Below are positions 19,272 through 30,053 of a stretch of 64,000 nucleotides of DNA, in pieces. How positions within the stretch are numbered: position 1 is the stretch's first letter; the number at the start of each line of letters is the position of its first letter. Source of the stretch: a phage; NCBI GenBank assembly GCA_027337125.1, contig GCA_027337125.1_3057.1. One strand, 5' to 3'. The notes under the pieces were generated by a model. The model ran no database searches and had not been told where the DNA came from. It was given only the letters and a program-made list of their open reading frames with translations. The translations under genes were made by a program, and so were the position numbers.

Positions 19272-19526
19272 ATGATGCTAGTTAATAGAGAATATCAGTT
19301 TAAATCAGAAGAAGATTTGGAAAAATTCGCGAGTGGTTGTGAACTGAATAGACGCACAGCTAAAGTCATAGGATTAAAACCCTTTACAGTTCTAGATTGT
19401 GAAGTTTCTAAATTCCGCAGAGGGTGTTCTATTAGCGGTCATGCTCTGGTTGATGGGAACACATTTTTCTTTGTTTTTAGCGTCAGAGAACTTTTATTGA
19501 TTAACGAACTTGAGGAAATAAAATAG
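19272..19526 (+). CDS. hypothetical small early protein (84 aa)
   Basis: ORF track; downstream of an early promoter. Confidence 0.5.
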   Translation: MMLVNREYQFKSEEDLEKFASGCELNRRTAKVIGLKPFTVLDCEVSKFRRGCSISGHALVDGNTFFFVFSVRELLLINELEEIK

Positions 19527-19583
19527 TTTACTTTTGTTGGAAATTGAGATACTATATAAACATAAACTACTGAGGAGATTATC

Positions 19584-19877
19584 ATGAAAAAATTTGTTTT
19601 TGCTGCAATTTTTGCTTTGGCTTCTTGTGCTGCTCAGCCTGCTATGGCGGGTTATGATAAAGATTTGTGCGAATGGTCTATGACTGCAGATCAGACTGAG
19701 GTTGAAACTCAGATTGAAGCAGATATTATGAATATCGTTGAACGTGATCGCCCTGAAATGAAAGCTGAAGTACAAAAACAGCTTAAGTCTGGTGGTGTAA
19801 TGCAGTATAATTACGTTCTGTATTGTGATAAAAACTTCAATAATAAAAATATCATCGCTGAAGTAGTAGGTGAATAA
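19584..19877 (+). CDS. sp: Sp (spackle), periplasmic superinfection-exclusion protein
   Basis: 97 aa with N-terminal signal peptide; matches recalled T4 Sp length and position. Confidence 0.8.
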   Translation: MKKFVFAAIFALASCAAQPAMAGYDKDLCEWSMTADQTEVETQIEADIMNIVERDRPEMKAEVQKQLKSGGVMQYNYVLYCDKNFNNKNIIAEVVGE

Positions 19878-19889
19878 TTAGAGGCTAAT

Positions 19890-20054
19890 ATGAAAACGTT
19901 TAAAGAATTTATCAAAGAAGATATGGTCGCTGGAGATTCAGGTGGTAATCCTGAAAATATCTCTACTGGAACAACGTCAGGCGCTGTAGTAAATAAAGGT
20001 CCTGAACAGATTCCTAAAAAGAAAAAAGAGGAATCTAAAGAAAAAGAAGAGTAA
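19890..20054 (+). CDS. small hydrophilic ORF (54 aa; 61.1-like position)
   Basis: Hand-derived ATG to TAA just before gene 61; below the track length cutoff. Confidence 0.35.
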   Translation: MKTFKEFIKEDMVAGDSGGNPENISTGTTSGAVVNKGPEQIPKKKKEESKEKEE

Positions 20055-20056
20055 AA

Positions 20057-21085
20057 ATGTCATCAATACCTTGGATTGATAATGAGTTTGCATATCGTGC
20101 GCTAGCTCATTTACCTAAATTCACACAAGTAAATAATAGTTCAACTTTTAAATTACGGTTTAGATGCCCTGTTTGTGGAGATTCAAAAACCGACCAAAAT
20201 AAAGCTCGTGGATGGTATTATGGCGATAATAATGAAGGAAATATTCATTGCTATAACTGTAACTATCATGCACCAATCGGAATATATTTAAAGGAGTTTG
20301 AACCCGATTTATATCGTGAGTATATCTTTGAAATAAGAAAAGAAAAAGGTAAAAGTCGTCCAGCAGAAAAACCTAAAGAACTTCCTAAACAACCTGAGAA
20401 GAAAATAATTAAATCTCTTCCGTCATGCATTAGATTGGATAAACTGGCGGAAGACCATCCAATTATAAAATACGTAAAAGCTCGATGTATTCCAAAGGAT
20501 AAATGGAAATATCTTTGGTTTACAACCGAATGGCCTAAATTAGTTAATAGTATAGCGCCAGGAACATATAAAAAGGAAATATCTGAGCCTCGTCTTGTTA
20601 TTCCAATTTATAATGCTAATGGAAAAGCTGAGTCTTTTCAAGGACGTGCATTAAAGAAAGATGCTCCTCAAAAATATATCACCATCAAAGCTTATCCTGA
20701 GGCAACAAAAATCTATGGAGTCGAACGGGTTAAAGATGGTGATGTATATGTTCTAGAAGGACCTATAGATTCTCTTTTTATTGAAAATGGTATAGCTATT
20801 ACGGGTGGTCAATTAGACCTAGAAATTGTTCCATTTAAAGATAGACGTGTATGGGTTTTAGATAATGAACCTCGTCACCCTGACACTATTAAACGAATGA
20901 CTAAATTAGTTGATGCAGGAGAAAGGGTTATGTTTTGGGATAAATCTCCCTGGAAATCAAAAGATGTCAATGATATGATTAGAAAGGAAGGTGCAACCCC
21001 TGAACAAATTATGGAATATATGAAAAATAATATTGCCCAAGGGTTGATGGCTAAAATGCGGCTATCTAAATATGCTAAGATTTAA
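20057..21085 (+). CDS. 61: gp61, DNA primase
   Basis: 342 aa; zinc ribbon CPVCGDS...CYNCNYH and TOPRIM-like EGPIDS; matches recalled T4 gp61. Confidence 0.95.
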   Translation: MSSIPWIDNEFAYRALAHLPKFTQVNNSSTFKLRFRCPVCGDSKTDQNKARGWYYGDNNEGNIHCYNCNYHAPIGIYLKEFEPDLYREYIFEIRKEKGKSRPAEKPKELPKQPEKKIIKSLPSCIRLDKLAEDHPIIKYVKARCIPKDKWKYLWFTTEWPKLVNSIAPGTYKKEISEPRLVIPIYNANGKAESFQGRALKKDAPQKYITIKAYPEATKIYGVERVKDGDVYVLEGPIDSLFIENGIAITGGQLDLEIVPFKDRRVWVLDNEPRHPDTIKRMTKLVDAGERVMFWDKSPWKSKDVNDMIRKEGATPEQIMEYMKNNIAQGLMAKMRLSKYAKI

Positions 21086-21282
21086 ATTAACCCAACTAAA
21101 GCAAATGCTAAATCTACGAATGTATCAAGAGTAATTACTGGAATACTAACGCCATGAGCAATAGCAACTGGCGATAAAACAAAATTCCAAAGTAAAATTC
21201 CTATCATAGCAGAAATAGTAAAAGCTATACGTTTTTTATTACCTTTGATGGCATTAACAAGTGCCATTAATTTTTGTACCAT
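21082..21282 (-). CDS. small hydrophobic protein encoded antisense to the early gene block (66 aa)
   Basis: ORF track; strong AGGAGG RBS upstream on the - strand; GATAAATA (near-late-promoter) motif further upstream. Confidence 0.45.
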   Translation of the reverse strand: MVQKLMALVNAIKGNKKRIAFTISAMIGILLWNFVLSPVAIAHGVSIPVITLDTFVDLAFALVGLI

Positions 21283-21330
21283 GCGTCGTCCTCCTTTAAA
21301 TTAATATTTATCGCAAATTTTACAAAATTT

Positions 21331-21360
21331 GTTTACTTTCTCAGCTTGTTATGGTATTAT
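21331..21360 (+). promoter_or_regulatory. early promoter (GTTTAC -35, TATTAT -10)
   Basis: T4 early promoter consensus, 18 bp spacing; precedes the 21386 ORF. Confidence 0.55.
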
Positions 21361-21385
21361 AAAATAAACTGCTGAGGATAATATA

Positions 21386-22725
<1,340 letters not shown>

Positions 22726-22785
22726 TTGCTTATATATTCAAATGATATAATTATTTAACTTATTAATGAATTGAAAGGAAAAATA

Positions 22786-23304
22786 ATGGCATACTTTAAT
22801 GAATGTTCACAACTGATTGAAGGCGCTGATAAAGCTCAAAATGAATACTGGGATATTCTCGGTGATGAAAAAGACCCGCTGCAGGTTATGCTTGATATGC
22901 AGAAATCTTTACAGGTTCGTTTAGCTAAAGATAAACCTGAATATAACCGTCATCCTGATGATTTGGCTACTGCAGGTGAAGTTGTTGATTGGCTACGTAA
23001 TCAGAAAGATTATATTGACGATGAATTCCGCGAACTTCTGACTTCTCTTGGCGGTATGAGCAATGGTGAAAAAGATGCATCTGCTGTATGGAAGCCTTGG
23101 AAAGCTCAACATGGTGAACGCCGTGAAACTCTAATTACTGATTTGTCTCCACAAGACCAGTTGGAAATTAAATTCGAAATGATTGATATTCTTCATTTCG
23201 TTCTGAACATGTTCCAAGGTCTCGGCCTTACAGCTGAAGAAATCTTTAAACTTTATTATCTGAAAAATGCTGAAAACTTCGCGCGTCAAGACCGAGGTTA
23301 TTAA
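22786..23304 (+). CDS. 56: gp56, dCTPase/dUTPase (dCTP pyrophosphatase)
   Basis: Track ORF starts at 22771; ATG at 22786 after GGAAA RBS gives MAYFNEC..., similar to recalled T4 gp56. Confidence 0.85.
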   Translation: MAYFNECSQLIEGADKAQNEYWDILGDEKDPLQVMLDMQKSLQVRLAKDKPEYNRHPDDLATAGEVVDWLRNQKDYIDDEFRELLTSLGGMSNGEKDASAVWKPWKAQHGERRETLITDLSPQDQLEIKFEMIDILHFVLNMFQGLGLTAEEIFKLYYLKNAENFARQDRGY

Positions 23305-23348
23305 TGGCTCGTTTATTTAAACGACGACTTAAAAGCCGTGAGAATTAT

Positions 23349-23356
23349 TATAAATA
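23349..23356 (+). promoter_or_regulatory. late promoter TATAAATA for soc
   Basis: Exact gp55-type late promoter consensus about 30 bp upstream of the soc start. Confidence 0.7.
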
Positions 23357-23386
23357 ATCATGTAATTTAAATAAAAGGAGAATTAC

Positions 23387-23632
23387 ATGGCTAGTACTCG
23401 CGGTTATGTTAATATCAAAACGTTTGAGCAGAAATTAGATGGAAATAAGAAAATTGAAGGAAAGGAAATTTCTGTAGCTTTCCCTCTTTATTCTGACGTT
23501 CACAAAATTTCTGGCGCTCATTATCAGATATTCCCTTCAGAAAAAGCAGCATATACTACCGTATATGAAGAAAATCAACGTGCTGCGTGGATTGCTGCAA
23601 ACGAAGATTTGTGGAAAGTAACTGGTGAATAA
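23387..23632 (+). CDS. soc: Soc, small outer capsid protein
   Basis: 81 aa; MASTRGYVNIKTFEQKLDGNKKIEGKEISVAFPLYSDVHKISGAHYQ matches recalled T4 Soc. Confidence 0.9.
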   Translation: MASTRGYVNIKTFEQKLDGNKKIEGKEISVAFPLYSDVHKISGAHYQIFPSEKAAYTTVYEENQRAAWIAANEDLWKVTGE

Positions 23633-23637
23633 ATTCA

Positions 23638-23665
23638 GGGACTCCTTCGGGAGTCCTTTTTTCAT
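23638..23665 (+). terminator. intrinsic terminator (GGGACUCC-uucg-GGAGUCC plus T-run) after soc
   Basis: 8 bp stem, UUCG loop, TTTTTT tail. Confidence 0.7.
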
Positions 23666-23672
23666 TTTACCG

Positions 23673-23702
23673 GTTTACTTTCCACAATGAGTATGGTATA
23701 AT
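23673..23702 (+). promoter_or_regulatory. early promoter (GTTTAC -35, TATAAT -10)
   Basis: Consensus early promoter, 18 bp spacing. Confidence 0.55.
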
Positions 23703-23728
23703 AGAATTATCTTATAGAGGAGAGCACT

Positions 23729-23941
23729 ATGTTAAATCGTTGGATTAAACCAAATGAAGACCTCCAGAAGGTTCTTGATAAAGCTATCTCTGATAAATGG
23801 GGTATGAAAAGCTGGGATTGTGATATCGTCACGCATTCATTCATGATGCATACAGATGGTTCAGTCGAGTTCAATGCTGAAATGCGATACACTGACTGGG
23901 GTGGATTTCAAAGAGTCGAATTTCAAAGAGGCTTTTTGTAA
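23729..23941 (+). CDS. hypothetical protein (70 aa)
   Basis: ORF track; RBS GAGGAGAG upstream. Confidence 0.5.
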   Translation: MLNRWIKPNEDLQKVLDKAISDKWGMKSWDCDIVTHSFMMHTDGSVEFNAEMRYTDWGGFQRVEFQRGFL

Positions 23942-24282
23942 TGTTTATCTTTAATTGGTTTAAAAGTTTCTTTACGGATTTTTTCTCTACAACTCCCGGA
24001 GAAGGTGTAGTTCCTATTTCAAATGACTACCTTCCTTTAACTGTAGTTGAATATGTTTATATGGGAGATGGAACAGTAGAAGCAGTTACTATGACTTATG
24101 AAGAAGCCCAGGAATATTATAAAAATCCTTGGCGCTGGTCAACACCTACTACATCATCTAATACGCAGAATACACAGTCTAGTTCTGATTCATATGACAC
24201 TAATGTTCCTGTTCATGTATGGGCAGGCGATTCGTGTGGAAGTTCTTGTGATTCTAGTTGTTCATCTACATCTTGTGATTGA
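23941..24282 (+). CDS. hypothetical protein (113 aa) with Ser/Cys-rich C-terminus
   Basis: ORF track; C-terminal [15 protein letters not shown] tail. Confidence 0.5.
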   Translation: MFIFNWFKSFFTDFFSTTPGEGVVPISNDYLPLTVVEYVYMGDGTVEAVTMTYEEAQEYYKNPWRWSTPTTSSNTQNTQSSSDSYDTNVPVHVWAGDSCGSSCDSSCSSTSCD

Positions 24283-24290
24283 GGAAAATT

Positions 24291-24776
24291 ATGGAAGCGA
24301 TTTTGTTTGAAATGTATATTAGCAGTGATAGCATGGCGTTTGCTAAAGATATTCCAATTACAGTAGCAGTAATGATTGATAAGGGTTATTGTGACCCAAT
24401 GTATCTCGTAGAAAATTTCGTTTCAATGCCAGTTCCAGAAGATGCTGAAATAAAGCTTAAAAAGATTGGTATCATTGAAACTGTACCAAATATTCCGTTT
24501 AGAGCAATTGAAGCATTTACTAAATCCGAATACATTAATGTTAGCGCAGAACAATATAATGATAAGCCTTTATCTTTTTATTCGTACGATTCACTATATA
24601 GCTGGAAAATAGATAAAGGAAATAAATTTATAATTGCAAGTGAAGATGCTTTATCATACTTTATTTCTTCTGTATGGAATAGTTTACATCCAAATTTGCT
24701 AAAAATTCATGAATTTGATGATGCTCCTACTGTTGTTTTAGGTAAAACAAATGAAAGTTCTGAAGAAAATGTTTGA
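24291..24776 (+). CDS. hypothetical protein (161 aa; size and position resemble T4 mrh)
   Basis: Track ORF 24279-24776; ATG at 24291 follows GAGGAAA RBS. Confidence 0.45.
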   Translation: MEAILFEMYISSDSMAFAKDIPITVAVMIDKGYCDPMYLVENFVSMPVPEDAEIKLKKIGIIETVPNIPFRAIEAFTKSEYINVSAEQYNDKPLSFYSYDSLYSWKIDKGNKFIIASEDALSYFISSVWNSLHPNLLKIHEFDDAPTVVLGKTNESSEENV

Positions 24777-24954
24777 ATGGTTCAATAGACCAAACTCAAT
24801 GTACATTGACGATGGTTGGGTTGAACAGGCAAATAAAGAAATGCAGAACGAATCAGAAGAATGGATGAAATCAATGATTAGTGCCGAGAAAGAAAAGAAA
24901 TTAGAACGCTCAGCGCTTAAATTGATGAGAGACATCTATGGGGATAAATCATGA
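24751..24954 (+). CDS. hypothetical protein (67 aa)
   Basis: ORF track only. Confidence 0.4.
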   Translation: MKVLKKMFEWFNRPNSMYIDDGWVEQANKEMQNESEEWMKSMISAEKEKKLERSALKLMRDIYGDKS

Positions 24955-25115
24955 ACAGAGATATGACGTTAGAAGAGGCCAAGGCTAAAGCAAATGAAGC
25001 ATTGGATTTGCTTCTTAAAATTGGCAGTAAAATGATGGAAGAAAATGAGAAATATATCCAGGAAAACAAAATTCCTGACGGTCCATTAGTAGGCAAGAGG
25101 AAATCATATGATTGA
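24951..25115 (+). CDS. hypothetical small protein (54 aa)
   Basis: Hand-derived; ATG overlaps upstream stop; stop overlaps next ORF start. Confidence 0.35.
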   Translation: MNRDMTLEEAKAKANEALDLLLKIGSKMMEENEKYIQENKIPDGPLVGKRKSYD

Positions 25116-25578
25116 AGTAGCAAAACATTATTCAATAGAATTTATGTCCAAAGAAGGTAAATCAGTAAATACACTTGATAAAAAGTGCTCATTAATTATT
25201 CCTTTAGCAGAAAATCCGGATCTTTTAATTAAAGATATAAAAGAAAGAAAATATCCAGAAAATGTTATTCTAATTATAAAGCATACTGAAGATATTTTGC
25301 AGAATACTGATTCACCATTTTCTTCTTCTGAAGCTTTAACTATTAAAGGCTATAAAAGAGCTCGTGAATATGGTCTTTTTGACCTGTTTGAAGACGATAA
25401 AGTTAAATTAGCGAGTCAACCTTCTAAAAGTAAAACATTCATTATTGAAGATATTAAAGATATAAATGCATTTGTTAAGATGGTCTGGGCTCATTTTGAT
25501 GTTGGACTACGCTGGAGAATGTCCGAAGAAGAAAGAAAGATTATTGAAGCTAATCGTCAATTTGGTTTTTATCGCTAG
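25108..25578 (+). CDS. hypothetical protein (156 aa)
   Basis: ORF track only. Confidence 0.5.
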   Translation: MIEVAKHYSIEFMSKEGKSVNTLDKKCSLIIPLAENPDLLIKDIKERKYPENVILIIKHTEDILQNTDSPFSSSEALTIKGYKRAREYGLFDLFEDDKVKLASQPSKSKTFIIEDIKDINAFVKMVWAHFDVGLRWRMSEEERKIIEANRQFGFYR

Positions 25579-25586
25579 GAATTAGT

Positions 25587-25769
25587 ATGGATTTATTTGA
25601 GATGTTAGAAGATAATCATTCTACGAATATCCAGAATGATTCTAGTGATTATAAGAAAGAATACCGTATAGTATTACAGAATTATGGAATTGAAGCCCCA
25701 GATGCTCTTCTAGAAGAACTGGCTTCATACCATCTTGACCCTCCGCCTTGGGCTCCCTGGGCAAAATAA
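25587..25769 (+). CDS. hypothetical protein (60 aa)
   Basis: ORF track only. Confidence 0.4.
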   Translation: MDLFEMLEDNHSTNIQNDSSDYKKEYRIVLQNYGIEAPDALLEELASYHLDPPPWAPWAK

Positions 25770-25780
25770 TTCAAAAAGTT

Positions 25781-25810
25781 GTTTACTTTCCTTTCTAACG
25801 ATGATATGAT
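25781..25810 (+). promoter_or_regulatory. early promoter (GTTTAC -35, TATGAT -10)
   Basis: Consensus -35, 18 bp spacing; precedes modB. Confidence 0.5.
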
Positions 25811-25836
25811 AGCTTCTGAAGTATACGGAGGCTATC

Positions 25837-26460
25837 ATGATTATTAATCTTGCAGATGTTGAACAGTTATCTATAAAAGCTGAAAGCGTTGATTTTCAAT
25901 ATGATATGTATAAAAAGGTCTGTGAAAAATTTACTGACTTTGAACAGTCAATTCTTTGGCAATGTATGGAAGCCAAAAAGAATGAAGCTCTTCATCGGCA
26001 GTTGAATAAAATCATTAAAAAGCATTTAACTAAATCACCTTATCAGCTATATCGTGGTATATCAAAATCGACAAAAGAACTCATTAAAGATTTACAAGTC
26101 GGAGAAGTGTTTTCAACGAACAGAGTAGATTCATTTACTACTAGTTTGCACACAGCGTGTTCTTTTTCTTATGCTGAATATTTTACTGAAACAATACTTC
26201 GCTTAAAAACTGATAAAGCTTTTAATTACTCTGACCATATCAGCGATATTATACTTTCTTCTCCTAATACTGAGTTTAAGTATACATATGAAGATACTGA
26301 TGGATTAGATTCAGAACGTACTGATAACTTAATGATGATTGTGCGTGAACAAGAATGGATGATTCCAATTGGAAAGTATAAAATAACTTCTATTTCAAAA
26401 GAAAAATTACATGATTCATTTGGAACATTTAAAGTGTATGATATTGAGGTAGTTGAATGA
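25837..26460 (+). CDS. modB: ModB, ADP-ribosyltransferase
   Basis: 207 aa; R-S-EXE ART motifs (LYRG, STN, EQEWMIP); order modB-modA-srd as in T4. Confidence 0.75.
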   Translation: MIINLADVEQLSIKAESVDFQYDMYKKVCEKFTDFEQSILWQCMEAKKNEALHRQLNKIIKKHLTKSPYQLYRGISKSTKELIKDLQVGEVFSTNRVDSFTTSLHTACSFSYAEYFTETILRLKTDKAFNYSDHISDIILSSPNTEFKYTYEDTDGLDSERTDNLMMIVREQEWMIPIGKYKITSISKEKLHDSFGTFKVYDIEVVE

Positions 26461-27059
26461 AATATTCAGCAATGCAATTAAAAGATTTTAAAATCAAATC
26501 AATGGATGCATCGGTGCGTGCTTCTATTCGTGAAGAATTACTTTCTGAAGGATTTAATTTATCTGAAATTGAACTTTTAATTCATTGTATTACTAATAAG
26601 CCAGACGATCATTCTTGGTTAAATGAAATAATCAAATCTCGTTTGGTTCCAAACGATAAACCTCTTTGGAGAGGTGTTCCAGTTGAGACTAAGCAGGTGT
26701 TAAATCAAGGAATTGATATTATTACATTTGATAAAGTAGTATCAGCTTCATATGATAAAAATATAGCTCTGCATTTTGCTTCTGGATTAGAATACAACAC
26801 GCAAGTTATTTTTGAATTCAAAGCTCCTATGGTATTTAATTTTCAGGAGTATGCTATAAAAGCTCTACGCTGTAAAGAATATAGTCCAAGTTTTAAGTTT
26901 CCGGATAGCCATCGCTATCGTAATATGGAATTAGTTTCAGATGAACAAGAAGTAATGATACCAGCTGGAAGTGTATTTAGAATTGCGGATAGATACGAGT
27001 ATAAAAAGTATTCAACATACACTATCTATACTCTTGACTTTGAAGGATTTAATCTATAA
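26457..27059 (+). CDS. modA: ModA, ADP-ribosyltransferase (modifies RNA polymerase alpha)
   Basis: 200 aa; ART motifs (LWRG, SAS, EQEVMIP). Confidence 0.75.
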   Translation: MKYSAMQLKDFKIKSMDASVRASIREELLSEGFNLSEIELLIHCITNKPDDHSWLNEIIKSRLVPNDKPLWRGVPVETKQVLNQGIDIITFDKVVSASYDKNIALHFASGLEYNTQVIFEFKAPMVFNFQEYAIKALRCKEYSPSFKFPDSHRYRNMELVSDEQEVMIPAGSVFRIADRYEYKKYSTYTIYTLDFEGFNL

Positions 27060-27115
27060 TGGAAGGACTTAGATTCATTATACCATGAAAGTTTTAAAGC
27101 ATTTTTCATAAAGTT

Positions 27116-27145
27116 GTTTACAAGCTGAAGTAAAAATGTTATAAT
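27116..27145 (+). promoter_or_regulatory. early promoter (GTTTACAAGCTGA -35 region, TATAAT -10)
   Basis: Consensus, 18 bp spacing. Confidence 0.55.
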
Positions 27146-27175
27146 ATAAGTAGTTAACCCGTCCGTGAGAAAAAT

Positions 27176-27922
27176 ATGAAACTGTCTAAAAATCAAATTC
27201 GTAAAATTACACGTCGTCTAGAGCATACTCAGGCATCAGCTAAAAGACGTTCTAAAGATTTTAACTTAGACTTCAATTACATTAAGAACATTTTAGATCA
27301 GAAAGTTTGCGCTTACTCAGGAGAACCTTTTGATAATCGTATTGAAGGAGAGAAATTATCGTTAGAACGTTTTGATAATAACGTTGGATACATTAAAGGG
27401 AATGTTATTGCAGTAAAGAAAAAGTATAATACATTTCGTTCTGATTATACTTTAGAAGAGTTGATTGAAAAGCGTGATTTATTTGCTTTGCGAATTGGTC
27501 GTTCATCTGCGAAAAAAGTTCATAAACTAAATTTAGATGAAAAGAAATGGGCTAAAATCAAAAAGACTTATAATCAAATTAAAGCTATACAGAAAAAACG
27601 TGAAAACCGAATTGAACACATTTCTCAGCTTTCTAAATCAAAACAAACTTCTGACGTTAAGCTAACGATTATAGCACTTAAAGCTCGTATTGATGGTTCT
27701 CGTATAGCAGAAGGCGCTGAAGTTGTTAAATTGAACGTTCTTCTTAAAGGCTCGGATTGGAAAACTGTGAAAAAGCTGTCAGAAGCAGAAATGCAATATG
27801 ATATGTGTGATAAAATTATTCAAGGTGTAGAGCGGTATCAAAACTTGTCTTTTATTGATAAACTTAAACTGAAAAGAGGATACCCGCTAAATTGTTCAAT
27901 TTTTAAACTTATCCGAGGATAA
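27176..27922 (+). CDS. srd: Srd-like protein (248 aa)
   Basis: Position between modA and dda.1/dda as in T4; identity from gene order only. Confidence 0.55.
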   Translation: MKLSKNQIRKITRRLEHTQASAKRRSKDFNLDFNYIKNILDQKVCAYSGEPFDNRIEGEKLSLERFDNNVGYIKGNVIAVKKKYNTFRSDYTLEELIEKRDLFALRIGRSSAKKVHKLNLDEKKWAKIKKTYNQIKAIQKKRENRIEHISQLSKSKQTSDVKLTIIALKARIDGSRIAEGAEVVKLNVLLKGSDWKTVKKLSEAEMQYDMCDKIIQGVERYQNLSFIDKLKLKRGYPLNCSIFKLIRG

Positions 27923-27923
27923 T

Positions 27924-28235
27924 ATGTTTTATGTATATGCGATAGTGTATAGAGATAAAGATGGTTTTGCGGTGCCTGTTCCTCTTGATGAACATCGCCC
28001 TGCTGTATTTTTTGAAAGGGAGATTGCTGATAAAGTATTTACAACTCTTAAAGAGCAGTATCGACTAGCTTTAGGTATGGGAATTCCTAGATTAGTTGAG
28101 ACTCCACGCAAGTTTTGGTTTAATAAAATAGAAGTTAAACATGTTAAGCCTGATGTAGACACACAAAGATTATATCGGCGAATTTTAGATACTGGGCGTA
28201 TTGTTAGTATACCAATTGCAGGGAATTTACGATGA
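27924..28235 (+). CDS. hypothetical protein (103 aa; dda.1 position)
   Basis: ORF track; stop overlaps dda start. Confidence 0.5.
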   Translation: MFYVYAIVYRDKDGFAVPVPLDEHRPAVFFEREIADKVFTTLKEQYRLALGMGIPRLVETPRKFWFNKIEVKHVKPDVDTQRLYRRILDTGRIVSIPIAGNLR

Positions 28236-29551
28236 CATTTGATGATTTGACCGAAGGCCAGAAAAATGCCTTTAACATTGTTATGAGGGCTATTAAAGAA
28301 AAGAAACATCATGTAACTATTAATGGACCTGCTGGTACCGGTAAGACTACTCTTACTAAGTTCATCATTGAAGCTTTAATATCTACAGGCGAAACTGGAA
28401 TTATTTTAGCAGCTCCTACACATGCAGCTAAAAAGATTCTTTCAAAACTATCAGGGAAAGAAGCGAGTACTATTCACAGTATTCTTAAAATTAACCCAGT
28501 AACATACGAAGAAAACGTTCTTTTTGAGCAAAAAGAAGTACCGGATTTGGCTAAATGCAGGGTATTAATCTGCGACGAAGTGTCAATGTATGATAGAAAG
28601 CTATTTAAAATTTTGCTTTCAACTATCCCGCCATGGTGTACTATAATTGGAATAGGCGATAATAAGCAAATTAGACCTGTTGACCCAGGAGAAAACACTG
28701 CTTATATCAGTCCGTTCTTTACGCACAAAGACTTTTATCAGTGTGAACTCACCGAAGTTAAACGCAGTAATGCTCCTATTATTGATGTAGCTACTGATGT
28801 TCGCAACGGTAAGTGGATTTATGATAAAATTGTTGACGGACATGGAGTACGTGGATTTACTGGTGATACCGCTTTACGCGATTTTATGGTAAATTATTTT
28901 TCAATCGTCAAATCACTAGATGATTTGTTTGAAAATCGTGTAATGGCATTTACGAATAAATCTGTTGATAAGTTAAATAGCATTATTCGCAAAAAGATTT
29001 TTGAAACCGATAAAGATTTTATCGTTGGTGAAATTATTGTAATGCAGGAACCATTAATTAAAACATATAAAATTGATGGAAAGCCTGTGTCAGAAATTAT
29101 TTTTAATAACGGGCAATTAGTTCGTATTATAGAAGCAGAATATACATCAACATTTGTTAAAGCTCGTGGTGTTCCTGGAGAATATCTAATTCGTCATTGG
29201 GATTTAACAGTAGAAACTTACGGCGATGATGAATATTATCGTGAAAAGATTAAAATAATTTCATCTGATGAAGAGCTGTATAAGTTTAACTTATTTTTAG
29301 GTAAAACTGCAGAAACTTACAAAAATTGGAATAAAGGCGGAAAGGCTCCATGGAGTGATTTTTGGGATGCTAAATCACAATTTAGTAAAGTGAAAGCACT
29401 TCCTGCGTCAACATTCCATAAAGCTCAGGGCATGTCTGTAGATCGTGCTTTTATCTATACGCCTTGTATTCATTATGCAGACGCTGAACTAGCTCAACAG
29501 CTTCTTTATGTTGGTGTCACTCGTGGTCGTTATGATGTGTTTTATGTATGA
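28232..29551 (+). CDS. dda: Dda, SF1B 5'-3' DNA helicase
   Basis: 439 aa; Walker A GPAGTGKT; near-identical to recalled T4 Dda. Confidence 0.95.
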   Translation: MTFDDLTEGQKNAFNIVMRAIKEKKHHVTINGPAGTGKTTLTKFIIEALISTGETGIILAAPTHAAKKILSKLSGKEASTIHSILKINPVTYEENVLFEQKEVPDLAKCRVLICDEVSMYDRKLFKILLSTIPPWCTIIGIGDNKQIRPVDPGENTAYISPFFTHKDFYQCELTEVKRSNAPIIDVATDVRNGKWIYDKIVDGHGVRGFTGDTALRDFMVNYFSIVKSLDDLFENRVMAFTNKSVDKLNSIIRKKIFETDKDFIVGEIIVMQEPLIKTYKIDGKPVSEIIFNNGQLVRIIEAEYTSTFVKARGVPGEYLIRHWDLTVETYGDDEYYREKIKIISSDEELYKFNLFLGKTAETYKNWNKGGKAPWSDFWDAKSQFSKVKALPASTFHKAQGMSVDRAFIYTPCIHYADAELAQQLLYVGVTRGRYDVFYV

Positions 29552-29557
29552 TTAAAT

Positions 29558-29818
29558 TTGAGGAAGCTATTCGTGGAAATAACTAAAGACCAGTTTTATC
29601 TGCTTCAAGATAAAGTAAGCGAAATTTATGAAATAGCTTATAGTAAAAATCGTAAAAACGTGAAAATTGAATCAGGCAAGTTAATGCTTCAATTGGAAGA
29701 AATTGAACGAGATTTGATTGCGTTAGAATTCTTTTGTGGTGAAGTGAAAACTGTTACAATCAGTGATTACGTTTTAGGTGAAATTAGCCATCTTTATAAG
29801 GCGGTTATTAATGATTGA
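29558..29818 (+). CDS. hypothetical protein (about 80-86 aa), paralog of the next ORF
   Basis: ORF track; shares I-DY-LG-I--L motif with the 29811 ORF; start codon uncertain. Confidence 0.45.
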   Translation: MRKLFVEITKDQFYLLQDKVSEIYEIAYSKNRKNVKIESGKLMLQLEEIERDLIALEFFCGEVKTVTISDYVLGEISHLYKAVIND

Positions 29819-30053
29819 ATTAAGTTTGCATCAGTTTAAATCTCTTATGACAAATGTTAAAGCTGTCATTCAAGAAAATTCAGGACCTGATAATGTTACT
29901 ATTCGCGAAAAAGCTTTAAAGATAGTATACAGTCTTGAAGAGATACAAAAAGATATTGAATCTATGGCAAAATTTATTGATGAGCCCATTAATAAAGTTT
30001 ATATCCAAGATTATACTGTAGGTCAAATTCGCGATTTAGCGAGGAAAATTTAA
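29811..30053 (+). CDS. hypothetical protein (80 aa), paralog of the preceding ORF
   Basis: Track ORF 29778-30053; ATG at 29811 overlaps upstream stop (ATGA). Confidence 0.45.
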   Translation: MIELSLHQFKSLMTNVKAVIQENSGPDNVTIREKALKIVYSLEEIQKDIESMAKFIDEPINKVYIQDYTVGQIRDLARKI

